Shown: positions 28,166 to 37,837, numbered from the stretch's first letter. The stretch is 64,000 nt of DNA from Candidatus Aminicenantes bacterium (GCA_026393975.1 JAPKZD010000012.1:27007-91006); one strand, 5' to 3'. Translations and numbers: made by a program. Notes: a model not told the origin generated them from the letters alone.

Positions 28166-28897
28166 ATGATCCCGGCGAAGCGACGCCTTAGAACTATGAA
28201 CGAGCCGAACGACCGCAAGCGAAGCCGGGTCACGGGATGCGGAAGGAGCGGAGACCTCGTTCTCAAGCTCTGGACCCGGGCCGGAGTCGCGGCCGCGGCC
28301 GCTGTCGCGTTCGGCTGTCTCTACTTTTTCGTCCGTCAGTACTTCAAGAACGGGGTCTGGCGGTTCGACCTGCCCCTTGTCAACAAGTCGCTCGGCACGG
28401 CCGCGCTCTTCCTCGTCGCCCTGTCGATGTTCCTGACGGGGGTGGCCTACTTATCGCGCCGCTCCGGAAGGTCCCTGGCCTACCGGAAGCATTACGGCCT
28501 CATGGGATTCTGGACCGGCCTCGTCCACGGTGCCGTCAATCATTTTCTGCTTCCTGCCGTTGGCCTTCATCCGGAGAGGAAGCTCGCCGTTTGGCTTTCC
28601 GATGCCCCGGGCTTCCTGGCCCTCGTCCTCTTCGGGGCCATGGCCCTTCTCTCGAACGCCGGGGTCAAGCGACGCCTGGGGGGAGAAACCTGGAGAAGAG
28701 CCCTCCGCTACGGGGGGTACGCGGGGCTCCTGCTGGCCGTGGCCCACGCGGCGCTGCTCAAATGGACGAGCTGGACGAAATACGTGCGGACATTCGATTC
28801 CGTCCTTCCCTCGCTCAGCCTTCCGGTCGCTGCCTTCGCCGCCGCGGCGATCGTCCTGCGTCTGGCGGCCTGGATTTCTGAAGCCCGGAAAAAGTGA
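28166..28897 (+). CDS. polytopic membrane protein with conserved intramembrane histidines (ferric-reductase-like / MsrQ-like haem-binding TM domain)
   Basis: About 243 aa, 6 TM. His pairs sit in TM helices (LVHGAVNHFLL, LAVAHAALL). Start is ambiguous (28166 or 28196). Confidence 0.4.
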   Translation: MIPAKRRLRTMNEPNDRKRSRVTGCGRSGDLVLKLWTRAGVAAAAAVAFGCLYFFVRQYFKNGVWRFDLPLVNKSLGTAALFLVALSMFLTGVAYLSRRSGRSLAYRKHYGLMGFWTGLVHGAVNHFLLPAVGLHPERKLAVWLSDAPGFLALVLFGAMALLSNAGVKRRLGGETWRRALRYGGYAGLLLAVAHAALLKWTSWTKYVRTFDSVLPSLSLPVAAFAAAAIVLRLAAWISEARKK

Positions 28898-28900
28898 GGC

Positions 28901-30061
28901 TTATTTCAGCTTTTCTTGTCCGACGAATTCCCGGTACGGGCTGAGGTAGGAAAGCGTCTCGCGATCCTCTTCGTCGGTCTTGCCCAGGACCATGCGGGCT
29001 ATGAGCTCACCGAGCCCGGGTCCGAGCATGAAACCCTGGCCGCACATGCCGACCGCTAGCATGTAGCCCTCGAGGTCGCGGGTCCAGCCGACGATTGGGA
29101 AGCCGTCGGGCGTCATGGGGTAGAGGCCCCGCCACGTCCGCCTGACGCGAAGGTTTTTGAGGCGGGGGATGAGGTTGACCATGCGCTGGGCGACCATGGG
29201 CAGGAACGAGCTCGTCTCGCGGACGTCCAGGCCCCAGATGCTGGGGCTGGGCGTGATGCAGAAGATGACCTGGCCGGTGTCGTGCTGATAGAAATAGTAG
29301 TTGGCCGATCCGGCGACGGGGCGGATGTCGACGACCATGGGTTCGAGGAAGCGGGCGACGGCCTCGGTCACCGCGCCTTCGTGCGAGTCGGGCCGGACGG
29401 GGACGTCGATTCCGGCCAGCGCCGACATCTCCGTGCCCCAGGGACCGGCGGCGTTGACGACGACCGCGGCGCCATATTCCCCCTTGTCGGTGTGCACGCC
29501 GCGGACCCGGCCGCCATCGATGTCGTACCCGGTCACTTTTTCGTTGAACAGGAACTCGGCGCCGAGCTTTTTCGCCCGGCTGTAGAAAGCGTGGATCGCG
29601 AGCAGGGGAGAGGCGTGGCCGTCGTCGGGGGAGAACGTCCCGCCGATGAGGCCCTCGGGATTGAGATCGGGGATGACCTCCAGGAAGGATTGCCTATCCA
29701 GCCAGTCGATGTTCAGGCCGTATTTTTTCTGGACGACGAGGAGCTCCTTGAGCGTCCGCTCCTCTTCGCCGCGGTAAGCGACGAACGAGTAGCCGCCTTT
29801 GCGCCACTCGATCTTGTCGCCGAAGCGCTCTTCCCAGGTCGAGAAAACATCGAGGCTACGCAAGCAAAGGCGGATCTTGGCCGGATCGGAATGGGTGGCC
29901 CGGAGGCCGCCGATGGCCCGTTTGTTCGAGCCCTGTCCGACGCTCGGGTACTGGTCGATGACCAGGACGCGAAGCCCGGCCTCGGCCAGGGAGAGCGCAG
30001 CCGGCACGCCGACGCTGCCGGCCCCGACGATGACGACGTCGTAGGATCTATTCGCGGTCAT
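28901..30061 (-). CDS. FAD-dependent oxidoreductase, beta subunit of a sarcosine-oxidase / L-proline-dehydrogenase / opine-oxidase-type complex
   Basis: 386 aa. N-terminal YDVVIVGAGSVG dinucleotide fold. SoxB/OoxB/PdhB-like length. Overlaps the alpha gene by 14 nt. Confidence 0.65.
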   Translation of the reverse strand: MTANRSYDVVIVGAGSVGVPAALSLAEAGLRVLVIDQYPSVGQGSNKRAIGGLRATHSDPAKIRLCLRSLDVFSTWEERFGDKIEWRKGGYSFVAYRGEEERTLKELLVVQKKYGLNIDWLDRQSFLEVIPDLNPEGLIGGTFSPDDGHASPLLAIHAFYSRAKKLGAEFLFNEKVTGYDIDGGRVRGVHTDKGEYGAAVVVNAAGPWGTEMSALAGIDVPVRPDSHEGAVTEAVARFLEPMVVDIRPVAGSANYYFYQHDTGQVIFCITPSPSIWGLDVRETSSFLPMVAQRMVNLIPRLKNLRVRRTWRGLYPMTPDGFPIVGWTRDLEGYMLAVGMCGQGFMLGPGLGELIARMVLGKTDEEDRETLSYLSPYREFVGQEKLK

Positions 30062-32204
30062 GGCCGTTGTCCTCCTCGCCCAGGCCCGCGAACAGTCCCA
30101 AGGGCACTTCCAAAAACAGGGGCCGTTTCAGCTGGTCGACGATTTCGGCTTCGGGAACGCCCTCCTCGCGGAACAGCCGGTGGATGAGCGGCGTGCAGGT
30201 CTTGGCGCCGCAGGAGCCCATGCTCGCCCGGGTCACCGCTTTGATCTCGTTGATGTCCCGGACGCCATCCCGGATGAGTTTCCGGATGGCCCCGGCCGTG
30301 ACCCGTTCGCAGCGGCAGATGACGTTGTCATCGGCTGTGCGCTCGACGTACCGGATCAGGGATTCCCCGACCTCGGCTGGCTGGACCCTGATCCCGGCGA
30401 TTTTTTTTGCGTATTCCCGGGGCGCCCGAACCTTGACGATCACGGTCCTGTCGTTGGCCTTGATGGCCTTGACCGCGCCGACCTCGACCCGGCCCAGAGC
30501 GTTTCCCTCGGTATCCTCGACGACCACGGAGTCCCCGGCTTTCAAGCTGTCCTTGAGGAACTCGAACGGGACGGCCACGGTTGGAAAATCCGGGTCCTTG
30601 CGGTAGTCGACGAGGGTGATGGCCAGCCCGGGACAGATGGCGACGCATTTTTCGCAGCCCGTACAGCCCTTGCCGCCCTTCTCTTCGACGAACGACGGGA
30701 GAAGCCGGATGTCCGTCTCGTCCATTTCGATGAGGTCGTTCGGGCAGACAGCCGTGCACGGGTCGCAGGGGATCTCCTGGTTGCAGTGGATGACCGGGAA
30801 AACGCCCGCTTCGGCCGCCGGCGTTATTTCCGGGGACGTCGTTCCTGGCCGGGACTTGAGGATGTCGGCGGTTCGGTACCAGTCCGGCGAGATCTCGCCG
30901 ACGTCGTGCCCGAGCGCCCGGGCCACTTCGAGGCCGCGGATCTTGCCCGAAAAGATGGCCGCGGAGGCCTCGGCGATCTCCTCGGCGTCGCCGGCTGCGA
31001 ATGCGGGAAGGCCGAATTCGCGGGCCTTCTCGTGGAACTCGTTGACGGGGTCGAGGCCGACGGCGATGAGGACGGTGTCGCAATCGAAGGACCGCTCGGT
31101 CCCGGGGACGGGCTTGAACCTCTCGTCGACGCGGGCGACGGTCACGGACACGACGGCGTCCTCACCGTTGGCGCTAAGGACGGTATGCGACGTGTAGATC
31201 GGCACGCCCAGACGGGCCAGCTTGTCCCGGTGGACCTTGTAGCCGCCGCACTCGGGCAGGATTTCGACCAGTCCGACGACCGATATCCCCGCCTGAAGGG
31301 CGTGATATCCGGCGATGAGCCCGACGTTTCCGCCGCCGACGATGAACAGCCGGCCCGTTGGCTTGACAAGGTCCCTGTTGACGAGCGTCTGGAAGGCGCC
31401 CGCACCGTAGACCCCCGGCAGGGTGTTGCCCGGAAAGGCCAGGTTTTTCTCCCGCGCTCCCGCGGTCGTAAGGAGGACGTCCGGCTTGACCAGCGCGTAC
31501 CGACGGCCTTCGACGAGGACGCCCACGGTCTTGTCGCTGTAGACGGCCAGGGCCGCGCTCTGCAGCCAGACGCGGACGTGAGGAAACGAGCGGACCTCGT
31601 TCTCGAGGCGGGTGGCGATATCGATGCCGCGCGTGCCGGCGTAGACGGCATCGATCGATCCGAAGAAGCGGTGGGTCTGGAGGACGAGCTTGCCGCCGAG
31701 CCGGTGCTTGTCATCGATGATGAGCGTCTCGACGCCGCGCTTGCCGAGCTCGATCCCAGCCGAGAGGCCGGCCGGTCCGCCGCCGATGATGAGGACGGGA
31801 ACGCGGAGGGTTTCGATGGGCCGGGGTTTGGCCGCGGCGAGGACGGCGGCGTCGACGCGGGGCAGCTCGGGAAGACCATCGGCGGGCTCGACCCGCATGC
31901 CGGGCCTGACGAGCTCCATGCAGGACTTCACCGGAATCCCGTCGGCCAGGACGAGACACTGGGCGCACTGGCCGTTGGCGCAGAAGATGCCCTGGGCGGC
32001 GCCGTCCTTGGCATGGTGTCCGAAAACGCGGACGCCGGCGGCGATCAGGGCGGAGGATAGGGTTTCCCCTTCGAAGGCCTCCAGCGGGCGGCCTTTCCAG
32101 GAGAAAGAAATGGACTTTCGGGCGGGTATGGGCAGGATGGGGTGCTGTTCAATACGGTACACGGGCGGCCATTCTCCTTCCGCCTTCGACGGGCGGCCCG
32201 GCAA
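30048..32204 (-). CDS. fused alpha subunit: N-terminal [2Fe-2S] domain, FAD/NAD(P)-binding oxidoreductase domain, 2x[4Fe-4S] ferredoxin domain, C-terminal BFD-like [2Fe-2S] domain (OoxA/HcnB/PdhA-like)
   Basis: 718 aa. The Cys cluster FCANGQCAQC...C; LIIGGGPAGLSAG and IVGGGNVGL Rossmann motifs; CDPCTAVCP and CTGCEKCVAICP; C-terminal CRCERVTAGAIR...GSCGAKTC. Confidence 0.65.
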   Translation of the reverse strand: MPGRPSKAEGEWPPVYRIEQHPILPIPARKSISFSWKGRPLEAFEGETLSSALIAAGVRVFGHHAKDGAAQGIFCANGQCAQCLVLADGIPVKSCMELVRPGMRVEPADGLPELPRVDAAVLAAAKPRPIETLRVPVLIIGGGPAGLSAGIELGKRGVETLIIDDKHRLGGKLVLQTHRFFGSIDAVYAGTRGIDIATRLENEVRSFPHVRVWLQSAALAVYSDKTVGVLVEGRRYALVKPDVLLTTAGAREKNLAFPGNTLPGVYGAGAFQTLVNRDLVKPTGRLFIVGGGNVGLIAGYHALQAGISVVGLVEILPECGGYKVHRDKLARLGVPIYTSHTVLSANGEDAVVSVTVARVDERFKPVPGTERSFDCDTVLIAVGLDPVNEFHEKAREFGLPAFAAGDAEEIAEASAAIFSGKIRGLEVARALGHDVGEISPDWYRTADILKSRPGTTSPEITPAAEAGVFPVIHCNQEIPCDPCTAVCPNDLIEMDETDIRLLPSFVEEKGGKGCTGCEKCVAICPGLAITLVDYRKDPDFPTVAVPFEFLKDSLKAGDSVVVEDTEGNALGRVEVGAVKAIKANDRTVIVKVRAPREYAKKIAGIRVQPAEVGESLIRYVERTADDNVICRCERVTAGAIRKLIRDGVRDINEIKAVTRASMGSCGAKTCTPLIHRLFREEGVPEAEIVDQLKRPLFLEVPLGLFAGLGEEDNGHDRE

Positions 32205-32266
32205 AGGCGTTTATTATAGCATATCGGATTTTTCGTGGGTAGAAAGATCCGAGGTGGTGTATAATC

Positions 32267-33163
32267 ATGCCGAAGATGATGAGGTCGAGAGAAAACACCC
32301 GCTCGGCGACGGTCGCGCTGATCATCCTGGCCCTTCTCGCCGTTCCTCTGGCCGCGAATGAGGCCGACGGACGTCCCGCCGAAACGGGAAAAAACCCGGG
32401 TTTCAAGCAGGCGGCGCGGGATTTCGCCGAAGACGCGGGCCGGATCTGGAGCTCGCCCTTCCGTATCAAGGAGCGGCACGTGGGTCCGCTCATCGCCCTG
32501 GCCGCGACCACCGCTTTTCTCATCGCCGCCGACGAAGACATTCGGGGCGCTTTCCAAGGCTATGTGGACCATCACCCTTGGGTGGGCGATGTCGGCCCGG
32601 TGATCACGCAGATGGGGGGCCTGGGCGCAGTAGCGACGGCAGGATTCTTCCTGGGCGCCGGTCTCGTCTTCAAGGACGACCGGGCGAGGGATACGGGCTA
32701 CTTGGCAGCTTGCGCCATGGCCCAATCTTTCCTCGTAGAGCAGGCCCTCAAGGGTCTCACCGGACGGCAGCGACCCTACGTCGCCGACGGGACCGACCGT
32801 TGGTCGGGGCCGGAAGGATTCTTCAAGCGCTACGATAAGGCGAACCACGGCCTCTACGATTCCTTCCCGTCCGGCCACTCTACCTGGGCCTTTAGCCTGG
32901 CGACCGTCGTGGCCCTGCAGTACCGTCACACGGCCTGGGTACCGGTCCTGGCCTATACGATCGCCGCCGGAGTGGGACTTACCCGGGTGACCATGGACCG
33001 CCATTGGATGTCCGACGTTGTGGTCGGGGCGGTCATCGGCCACCTCGTCGCCCGGTTGGTCGTGCGCAGCTACACCCGGAGACAGCGCCTGGTCCCGGTC
33101 CTGGGCTGTTCCGGAAGGGGCATCGCCTTGGGCTTCCTATATAACCTCGACCCGGTCTATTGA
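32267..33163 (+). CDS. PAP2-superfamily phosphatase (type 2 phosphatidic acid phosphatase-like), membrane/secreted
   Basis: KGLTGRQRP, PSGHS and DRHWMSDVVVG reproduce the three PAP2 signature motifs. Confidence 0.75.
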   Translation: MPKMMRSRENTRSATVALIILALLAVPLAANEADGRPAETGKNPGFKQAARDFAEDAGRIWSSPFRIKERHVGPLIALAATTAFLIAADEDIRGAFQGYVDHHPWVGDVGPVITQMGGLGAVATAGFFLGAGLVFKDDRARDTGYLAACAMAQSFLVEQALKGLTGRQRPYVADGTDRWSGPEGFFKRYDKANHGLYDSFPSGHSTWAFSLATVVALQYRHTAWVPVLAYTIAAGVGLTRVTMDRHWMSDVVVGAVIGHLVARLVVRSYTRRQRLVPVLGCSGRGIALGFLYNLDPVY

Positions 33164-33264
33164 TACGTTCGATGGCGCCAACCCTCGGGCTTTCGGCCGG
33201 GGCCCCGATCGCTGTCGAATGGAGTGATGATCGCAGCGAGGAACTCCTAAATAAGGATGGGCTC

Positions 33265-35121
33265 ATGAAAAAATATGAGGTGCCGGTCGTTCTCATCGCG
33301 TGTCTCATGCTCGGCGTCGGGGTATCATCCGGACAACGGACGGAGAAACCTGTCCTCTACGGCCAAAACTGGGTGGCCATCACCGGAAAGCCGCTGGCTG
33401 CGACGGCGGGGGCTCTCGTCTTCGCCAAGGGCGGCAACGCCGTCGACGCGGCCTGCGCCATGCTGGGCGCCGTCTGCACCATGTACGACGTCCTGAGCTG
33501 GGGCGGCGAAACCCAGGCCCTCATTTTTAACCCCGGGACAAAGAAGGTCATCGGTTTGAACGCACTCGGCGTCGCCCCCGCGGGAGCGACGGCCGGATTC
33601 TACAAGGACAAGGGCTTCGAGTACCCGCCCGCCGACGGCGTCCTTTCGGCCGTGACACCAGGCACGCCCGGCGGCCTCCTGACTATGCTGGCGGAATACG
33701 GGACGATGAGCCTCGCCGAGGTCCTCGAGCCCGCCGTCCGCATGGCCGGGGGTTATCCCATGGACAAGGAAACGGCTGACCGCATCGAAAAAGACAAGGA
33801 CAAGATCAAGGGCTGGCCTTATTCCCGGGCCGTCTTCCTGCCGCACCTCGACGAGCCGCGCGAGGCGCCGTATCCCGGCGAGGTCTTCCGTCAACCGGAC
33901 CTCCTCGACACCCTGAAGAAACTCATCGAGGCCGAAGGGCGGGCCCTGGCCGGAGGGAAAAACAGGAAAGAGGCGATCTACGCCGCCTACGACCGTTTCT
34001 ATAAGGGCGATATCGGACGGGAATTCGTCCGGGGCTCGCACGAACAAGGCGGACTCATCACCATGGACGATTTGGCCGCTTGGAAGGTCCACATCGAAGA
34101 GCCCGTGTCGACCGACTACAAGGGCATCGAGGTCTACAAGCTCACGAGCTGGGTCCAGGGCCCGGTCATGCTCCAGGCTCTGAACATGCTCGAGACGGTC
34201 GACCTCAAAGCCATGGGCTACAACAGCGCCGCCTACATCCACACGCTCTACCAGGTTATGAACCTGGCCTTCGCCGACCGGGATTTCTATTACGGCGACC
34301 CATATTTTCCGCCGCAAGAGCCCCTCCGCGGCCTGCTGTCGAAGGCCTACGCCAAAGACCGGGCCAAACTCATTCGAAGCGACAAGAACGATGCCGGCGC
34401 CAAGCCGGGCGATCCCTATCCCTACGAAGGAAAAATCAATCCGTACGTTGGCTTTCTCGACCGCTGGCTCGATTGGGGCAGGGGAGAGGCTGGGGCGCTC
34501 GGGCCCGGGGAGGCGGAAGCCGTCGAGGAAACCTTCTGGACCGGGACGACGTCCATCCAAGCCGCAGATAAAGAGGGCTGGGTCGTTTCCGTGACCCCTA
34601 GCGGGGGCTGGGTCCCGTGCGTCATCGCTGGGAAGACGGGAGTCGGCATGAGCCAGCGGGCCCAGAGTTTCGTCCTCGACGAATCCAAGAACCCTTTCAA
34701 CGTCATCGCGCCCGGAAAAAGGCCGCGGTCGACACTGACACCCGGGCTGGCCCTGAAAGACGGACGGCCTTTCCTCTCCTTCGCCGTTCAGGGCGGGGAC
34801 ACTCAGGATCAGAACCTCCTCCAGTTTTTCCTCGACGTGGTCGAATTCGGGATGAACGTCCAGGAGGCGTGTGAGGCAGCCAACATCACGAGCTACCAGA
34901 TGCATGATTCGTTCAACGACCATAGGACCTTCCCCGGGAAGCTCGACGTCAACGCGAAGGTCACGGAGGAGGTCCGGCAGAAGCTCCGGGCCATGGGATA
35001 TATTTTGTCCGTCAAGAAATACACTTCGGGCCCGATCAACGCCATTTTCTTCGACCGCGTCCACGGCACGTTTTGGGGCGGCAGCAGTAACTACGGCGAG
35101 GACTACGGCATCGCCTGGTAA
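33265..35121 (+). CDS. ggt: gamma-glutamyltransferase family protein, secreted
   Basis: Trimmed to ATG 33265 (signal peptide MKKYEVPVVLIACLMLGVGVSSG). About 618 aa. GTTSIQAADKEGWVVSVTPSGGW matches the autoprocessing Thr nucleophile region at the start of the GGT small subunit. Confidence 0.7.
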   Translation: MKKYEVPVVLIACLMLGVGVSSGQRTEKPVLYGQNWVAITGKPLAATAGALVFAKGGNAVDAACAMLGAVCTMYDVLSWGGETQALIFNPGTKKVIGLNALGVAPAGATAGFYKDKGFEYPPADGVLSAVTPGTPGGLLTMLAEYGTMSLAEVLEPAVRMAGGYPMDKETADRIEKDKDKIKGWPYSRAVFLPHLDEPREAPYPGEVFRQPDLLDTLKKLIEAEGRALAGGKNRKEAIYAAYDRFYKGDIGREFVRGSHEQGGLITMDDLAAWKVHIEEPVSTDYKGIEVYKLTSWVQGPVMLQALNMLETVDLKAMGYNSAAYIHTLYQVMNLAFADRDFYYGDPYFPPQEPLRGLLSKAYAKDRAKLIRSDKNDAGAKPGDPYPYEGKINPYVGFLDRWLDWGRGEAGALGPGEAEAVEETFWTGTTSIQAADKEGWVVSVTPSGGWVPCVIAGKTGVGMSQRAQSFVLDESKNPFNVIAPGKRPRSTLTPGLALKDGRPFLSFAVQGGDTQDQNLLQFFLDVVEFGMNVQEACEAANITSYQMHDSFNDHRTFPGKLDVNAKVTEEVRQKLRAMGYILSVKKYTSGPINAIFFDRVHGTFWGGSSNYGEDYGIAW

Positions 35122-35282
35122 GAGCTTCGGGAAAGGGCCCGGCTGTTCTCCTCCCGCGAGGGCAAGATTGACTACGAGGCGGCAAAGCCCTATATTTATG
35201 AAAAGTCGACCCATGACATGATCAAAACCCTGCGCCGCTAGTCCGGGCGCCGGGCCAACCCCGGGGTCGGCGGAGGGCTTCC

Positions 35283-37313
35283 ATGAGACATCTGGTCATC
35301 CCGGCGCTCTTCCTGGCGTTCGTATTCCTCCAATCCCGGATCGGCTCTCCGGCCGCCCCTGAACCAGGCCTCCAAGAAGCGACGACCGTGGACGTCCCCC
35401 CGTCCGCCGCGCCGAACATCCATTATCCTTCCAACAAATCCCCCTTGGCTGTGAGCCCCCTGGTCAAGCTGCCGATCGGGGCCGTCGAGCCGAGCGGCTG
35501 GCTTATGGCCCAGCTCCAGCTCATGCGGGACGGCTTCACCGGCCGTCTGGCCGAGCTCAGCCGTTTCCTCGGGGCCGACAGCGGCTGGATCACTCTCAAG
35601 GGCAAGGGCTGGGAGGAAATGCCTTATTGGCTCAAGGGCTATGGTGACCTCGGCTATATTCTCAAAGACGCGGCGATCCGCCGCGCGACCGAGCAATGGC
35701 TCGTCCGGGCCTTCGCGTCGCAGGCGCGGGACGGCTATTTCGGGCCCGTAGACAACCGCGCCGCGCGGGACCTCTGGCCGAACATGGTCATGCTGGCGGC
35801 CATGCAGAGCTTTTACGAGGCCACCGGCGACCGCCGCGTCCTGTCCCTCATGAGCCGCTATTTCCAGTTCGAATTCCACCTCGCCGCCGAAGATCTCCTG
35901 CCGGAAAGCTGGCAGAAGCTGAGGGGAGGGGAGAACCTGGAAAGCGTCTATTGGCTCTATAACCGGACGGGCGAGAGATTCCTCCTCGACCTAGCCCGGA
36001 AGCTGTTCGCGCGGACGTCGGATTGGACCTCGCCCATCCTCACACCCGCACGGGACAAGGATGGAGTCGAGAGCTCGTTCTACCACGGCGTCAACATCGC
36101 CATGGGCTTCCGCCAGCCGGGCGTCTATTTCCAACAGGTGCGGGACCGGACCTACCTCGAGGCTGTCGAGCGCAACTACCGTCAGGTCATGGACCGGTAC
36201 GGCCGCCAGCCGGGCGGGATGTTCGGAGCGGACGAGAACATCCGGCCGGGGAAGGAGGATCCCCGTCAGGGCGCCGAAACCTGCACCATGGTGGAATTCA
36301 TGGCCAGCTTCGAGTCCCTCCTCAAGATCACCGGGGATGCCGTTTGGGCCGACCGCGCCGAAGAGGTCGCCTTCAATTCCCTGCCGGCGTCCATGACTCC
36401 CGACCTCAAGGGCCTTCACTACCTGACCGCGCCGAACCTCATTTCCTGCGACAGCACGGGGGAGCACGATTTCCAGAATTCCGGGACTCTCGTCTCCTTC
36501 GACCCCTGGAGCTATCGCTGCTGCCAGCATAATGTCGCGTTCGGCTGGCCGTATTTCGCCGAGCATCTGTGGATGGCGACGGCCGACAACGGCCTCGCGG
36601 CCGTCCTCTATGCCCCTTCCACGGTGAAAGCCAAGGTCGCCGACGGGACGGAGGTCGCCGTGTCGGAGGAGACTTTCTACCCGTTCGACGACCAGATCCA
36701 GCTCACGGTCTCCTGTGACCGGCCGGTCGATTTCCCGCTCTACCTGAGGCTTCCCGGTTGGGCGGCGAAGGTCCGGGTCCTCCTCAACGGGCGCCCGCTC
36801 GAGGGAGAATTCCGCGGCGGCCGGTATGCCGTCCTGCGGCGGACCTGGCGGCACGGCGACCAGGTCCGGCTGGAATTCGCCCCGGCCATCGAAGTCGTCG
36901 GCTGGCCGTCGGTCCGCGGCGCCGTTTCCGTACGCCGCGGCCCCCTCTGGTACGCGCTCAAGATCGGAGAGAACTGGCGGCGGTACGGCGGAACGGACGC
37001 CTGGCCGGCTTACGAGATCCTGCCGACGACTGCCTGGAATTATGGCCTTTTGCTCAAGGGCCAGGGATCCGTCCCGGCCATCCGGGTATCGGCCAGGCAA
37101 ACTCCTCCCTATCAGCCTTTCACGCCGGACGGGGCGCCGATCGTCCTCAAAGCGATGGCCCGCCGCGTCCCCGGATGGACGGAGGAAGGAAGGATGGCCG
37201 GTCTCGTCCCGCCGAGCCCGGCCGCAGGCGAGGGCTCGGTCGAGGAGGTCGAGCTCGTCCCCATGGGCTGCGCCCGGCTGCGGATCTCCACTTTCCCGGT
37301 CGTCAAAGATTGA
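35283..37313 (+). CDS. glycoside hydrolase family 127 (DUF1680, beta-L-arabinofuranosidase-like), secreted
   Basis: 676 aa. Signal peptide. GAETCTMVEF, containing an E-T-C motif as in the GH127 Zn/Cys catalytic site. Confidence 0.6.
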   Translation: MRHLVIPALFLAFVFLQSRIGSPAAPEPGLQEATTVDVPPSAAPNIHYPSNKSPLAVSPLVKLPIGAVEPSGWLMAQLQLMRDGFTGRLAELSRFLGADSGWITLKGKGWEEMPYWLKGYGDLGYILKDAAIRRATEQWLVRAFASQARDGYFGPVDNRAARDLWPNMVMLAAMQSFYEATGDRRVLSLMSRYFQFEFHLAAEDLLPESWQKLRGGENLESVYWLYNRTGERFLLDLARKLFARTSDWTSPILTPARDKDGVESSFYHGVNIAMGFRQPGVYFQQVRDRTYLEAVERNYRQVMDRYGRQPGGMFGADENIRPGKEDPRQGAETCTMVEFMASFESLLKITGDAVWADRAEEVAFNSLPASMTPDLKGLHYLTAPNLISCDSTGEHDFQNSGTLVSFDPWSYRCCQHNVAFGWPYFAEHLWMATADNGLAAVLYAPSTVKAKVADGTEVAVSEETFYPFDDQIQLTVSCDRPVDFPLYLRLPGWAAKVRVLLNGRPLEGEFRGGRYAVLRRTWRHGDQVRLEFAPAIEVVGWPSVRGAVSVRRGPLWYALKIGENWRRYGGTDAWPAYEILPTTAWNYGLLLKGQGSVPAIRVSARQTPPYQPFTPDGAPIVLKAMARRVPGWTEEGRMAGLVPPSPAAGEGSVEEVELVPMGCARLRISTFPVVKD

Positions 37314-37369
37314 CAATCTCCCGCGTTCTTATTACAAATTAGCCGGGAACGAATTCAGAGGAGGTTAGA

Positions 37370-37822
37370 ATGTTCAAAGAATTCCGCGAATTCGCTTTGC
37401 GCGGCTCGGTCCTGGACATGGCCGTGGGCATCATCATCGGCGCCGCTTTCGGGACCATCGTCACGTCGCTCGTCGCCGACGTCCTCATGCCGCCCATCGG
37501 ACTGCTCCTCGGCAAAGTCGATTTCGCCAACCTCTATGTGCTCCTGACGGCCGGTCAGACGCCGGGCCCCTACGCCTCGCTCGCCGCCGCCCAACAGGCC
37601 GGAGCGGTCACCCTGAACTACGGGGCATTCATCAATAAGATCATCAGCTTCCTCATCATCGCTTTCGCGCTCTTCCTGATGATCCGGAGCATGAACCGGA
37701 TGAAGAGGAAGGCCGAGGCCCCCGTCCCGGCTGCAACGATGAAAGAGTGCCCGTTCTGCGCGACGGCCGTTCCGCTCAAAGCGGTCCGCTGCCCGCATTG
37801 CACGTCGGAACTCGCGAAATAG
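37370..37822 (+). CDS. mscL: large-conductance mechanosensitive channel MscL with an extra C-terminal Cys4 zinc-ribbon
   Basis: [28 protein letters not shown] is the canonical MscL N-terminus and TM1. C-terminus [19 protein letters not shown] (CxxC-x12-CxxC). Confidence 0.8.
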   Translation: MFKEFREFALRGSVLDMAVGIIIGAAFGTIVTSLVADVLMPPIGLLLGKVDFANLYVLLTAGQTPGPYASLAAAQQAGAVTLNYGAFINKIISFLIIAFALFLMIRSMNRMKRKAEAPVPAATMKECPFCATAVPLKAVRCPHCTSELAK

Positions 37823-37837
37823 GCGCGTCGCTTCCGG

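Noticed and set aside
30060-32060. 666-aa plus-strand ORF opposite the fused alpha subunit
   Set aside because: Shadow ORF, D/G/R-rich. The minus frame has Fe-S Cys clusters and Rossmann motifs.
33325-37316. Minus-strand ORFs 33325..35214 and 35991..37316 opposite GGT and GH127
   Set aside because: Shadow ORFs. Catalytic Thr region and ETC motif are in the plus frames.
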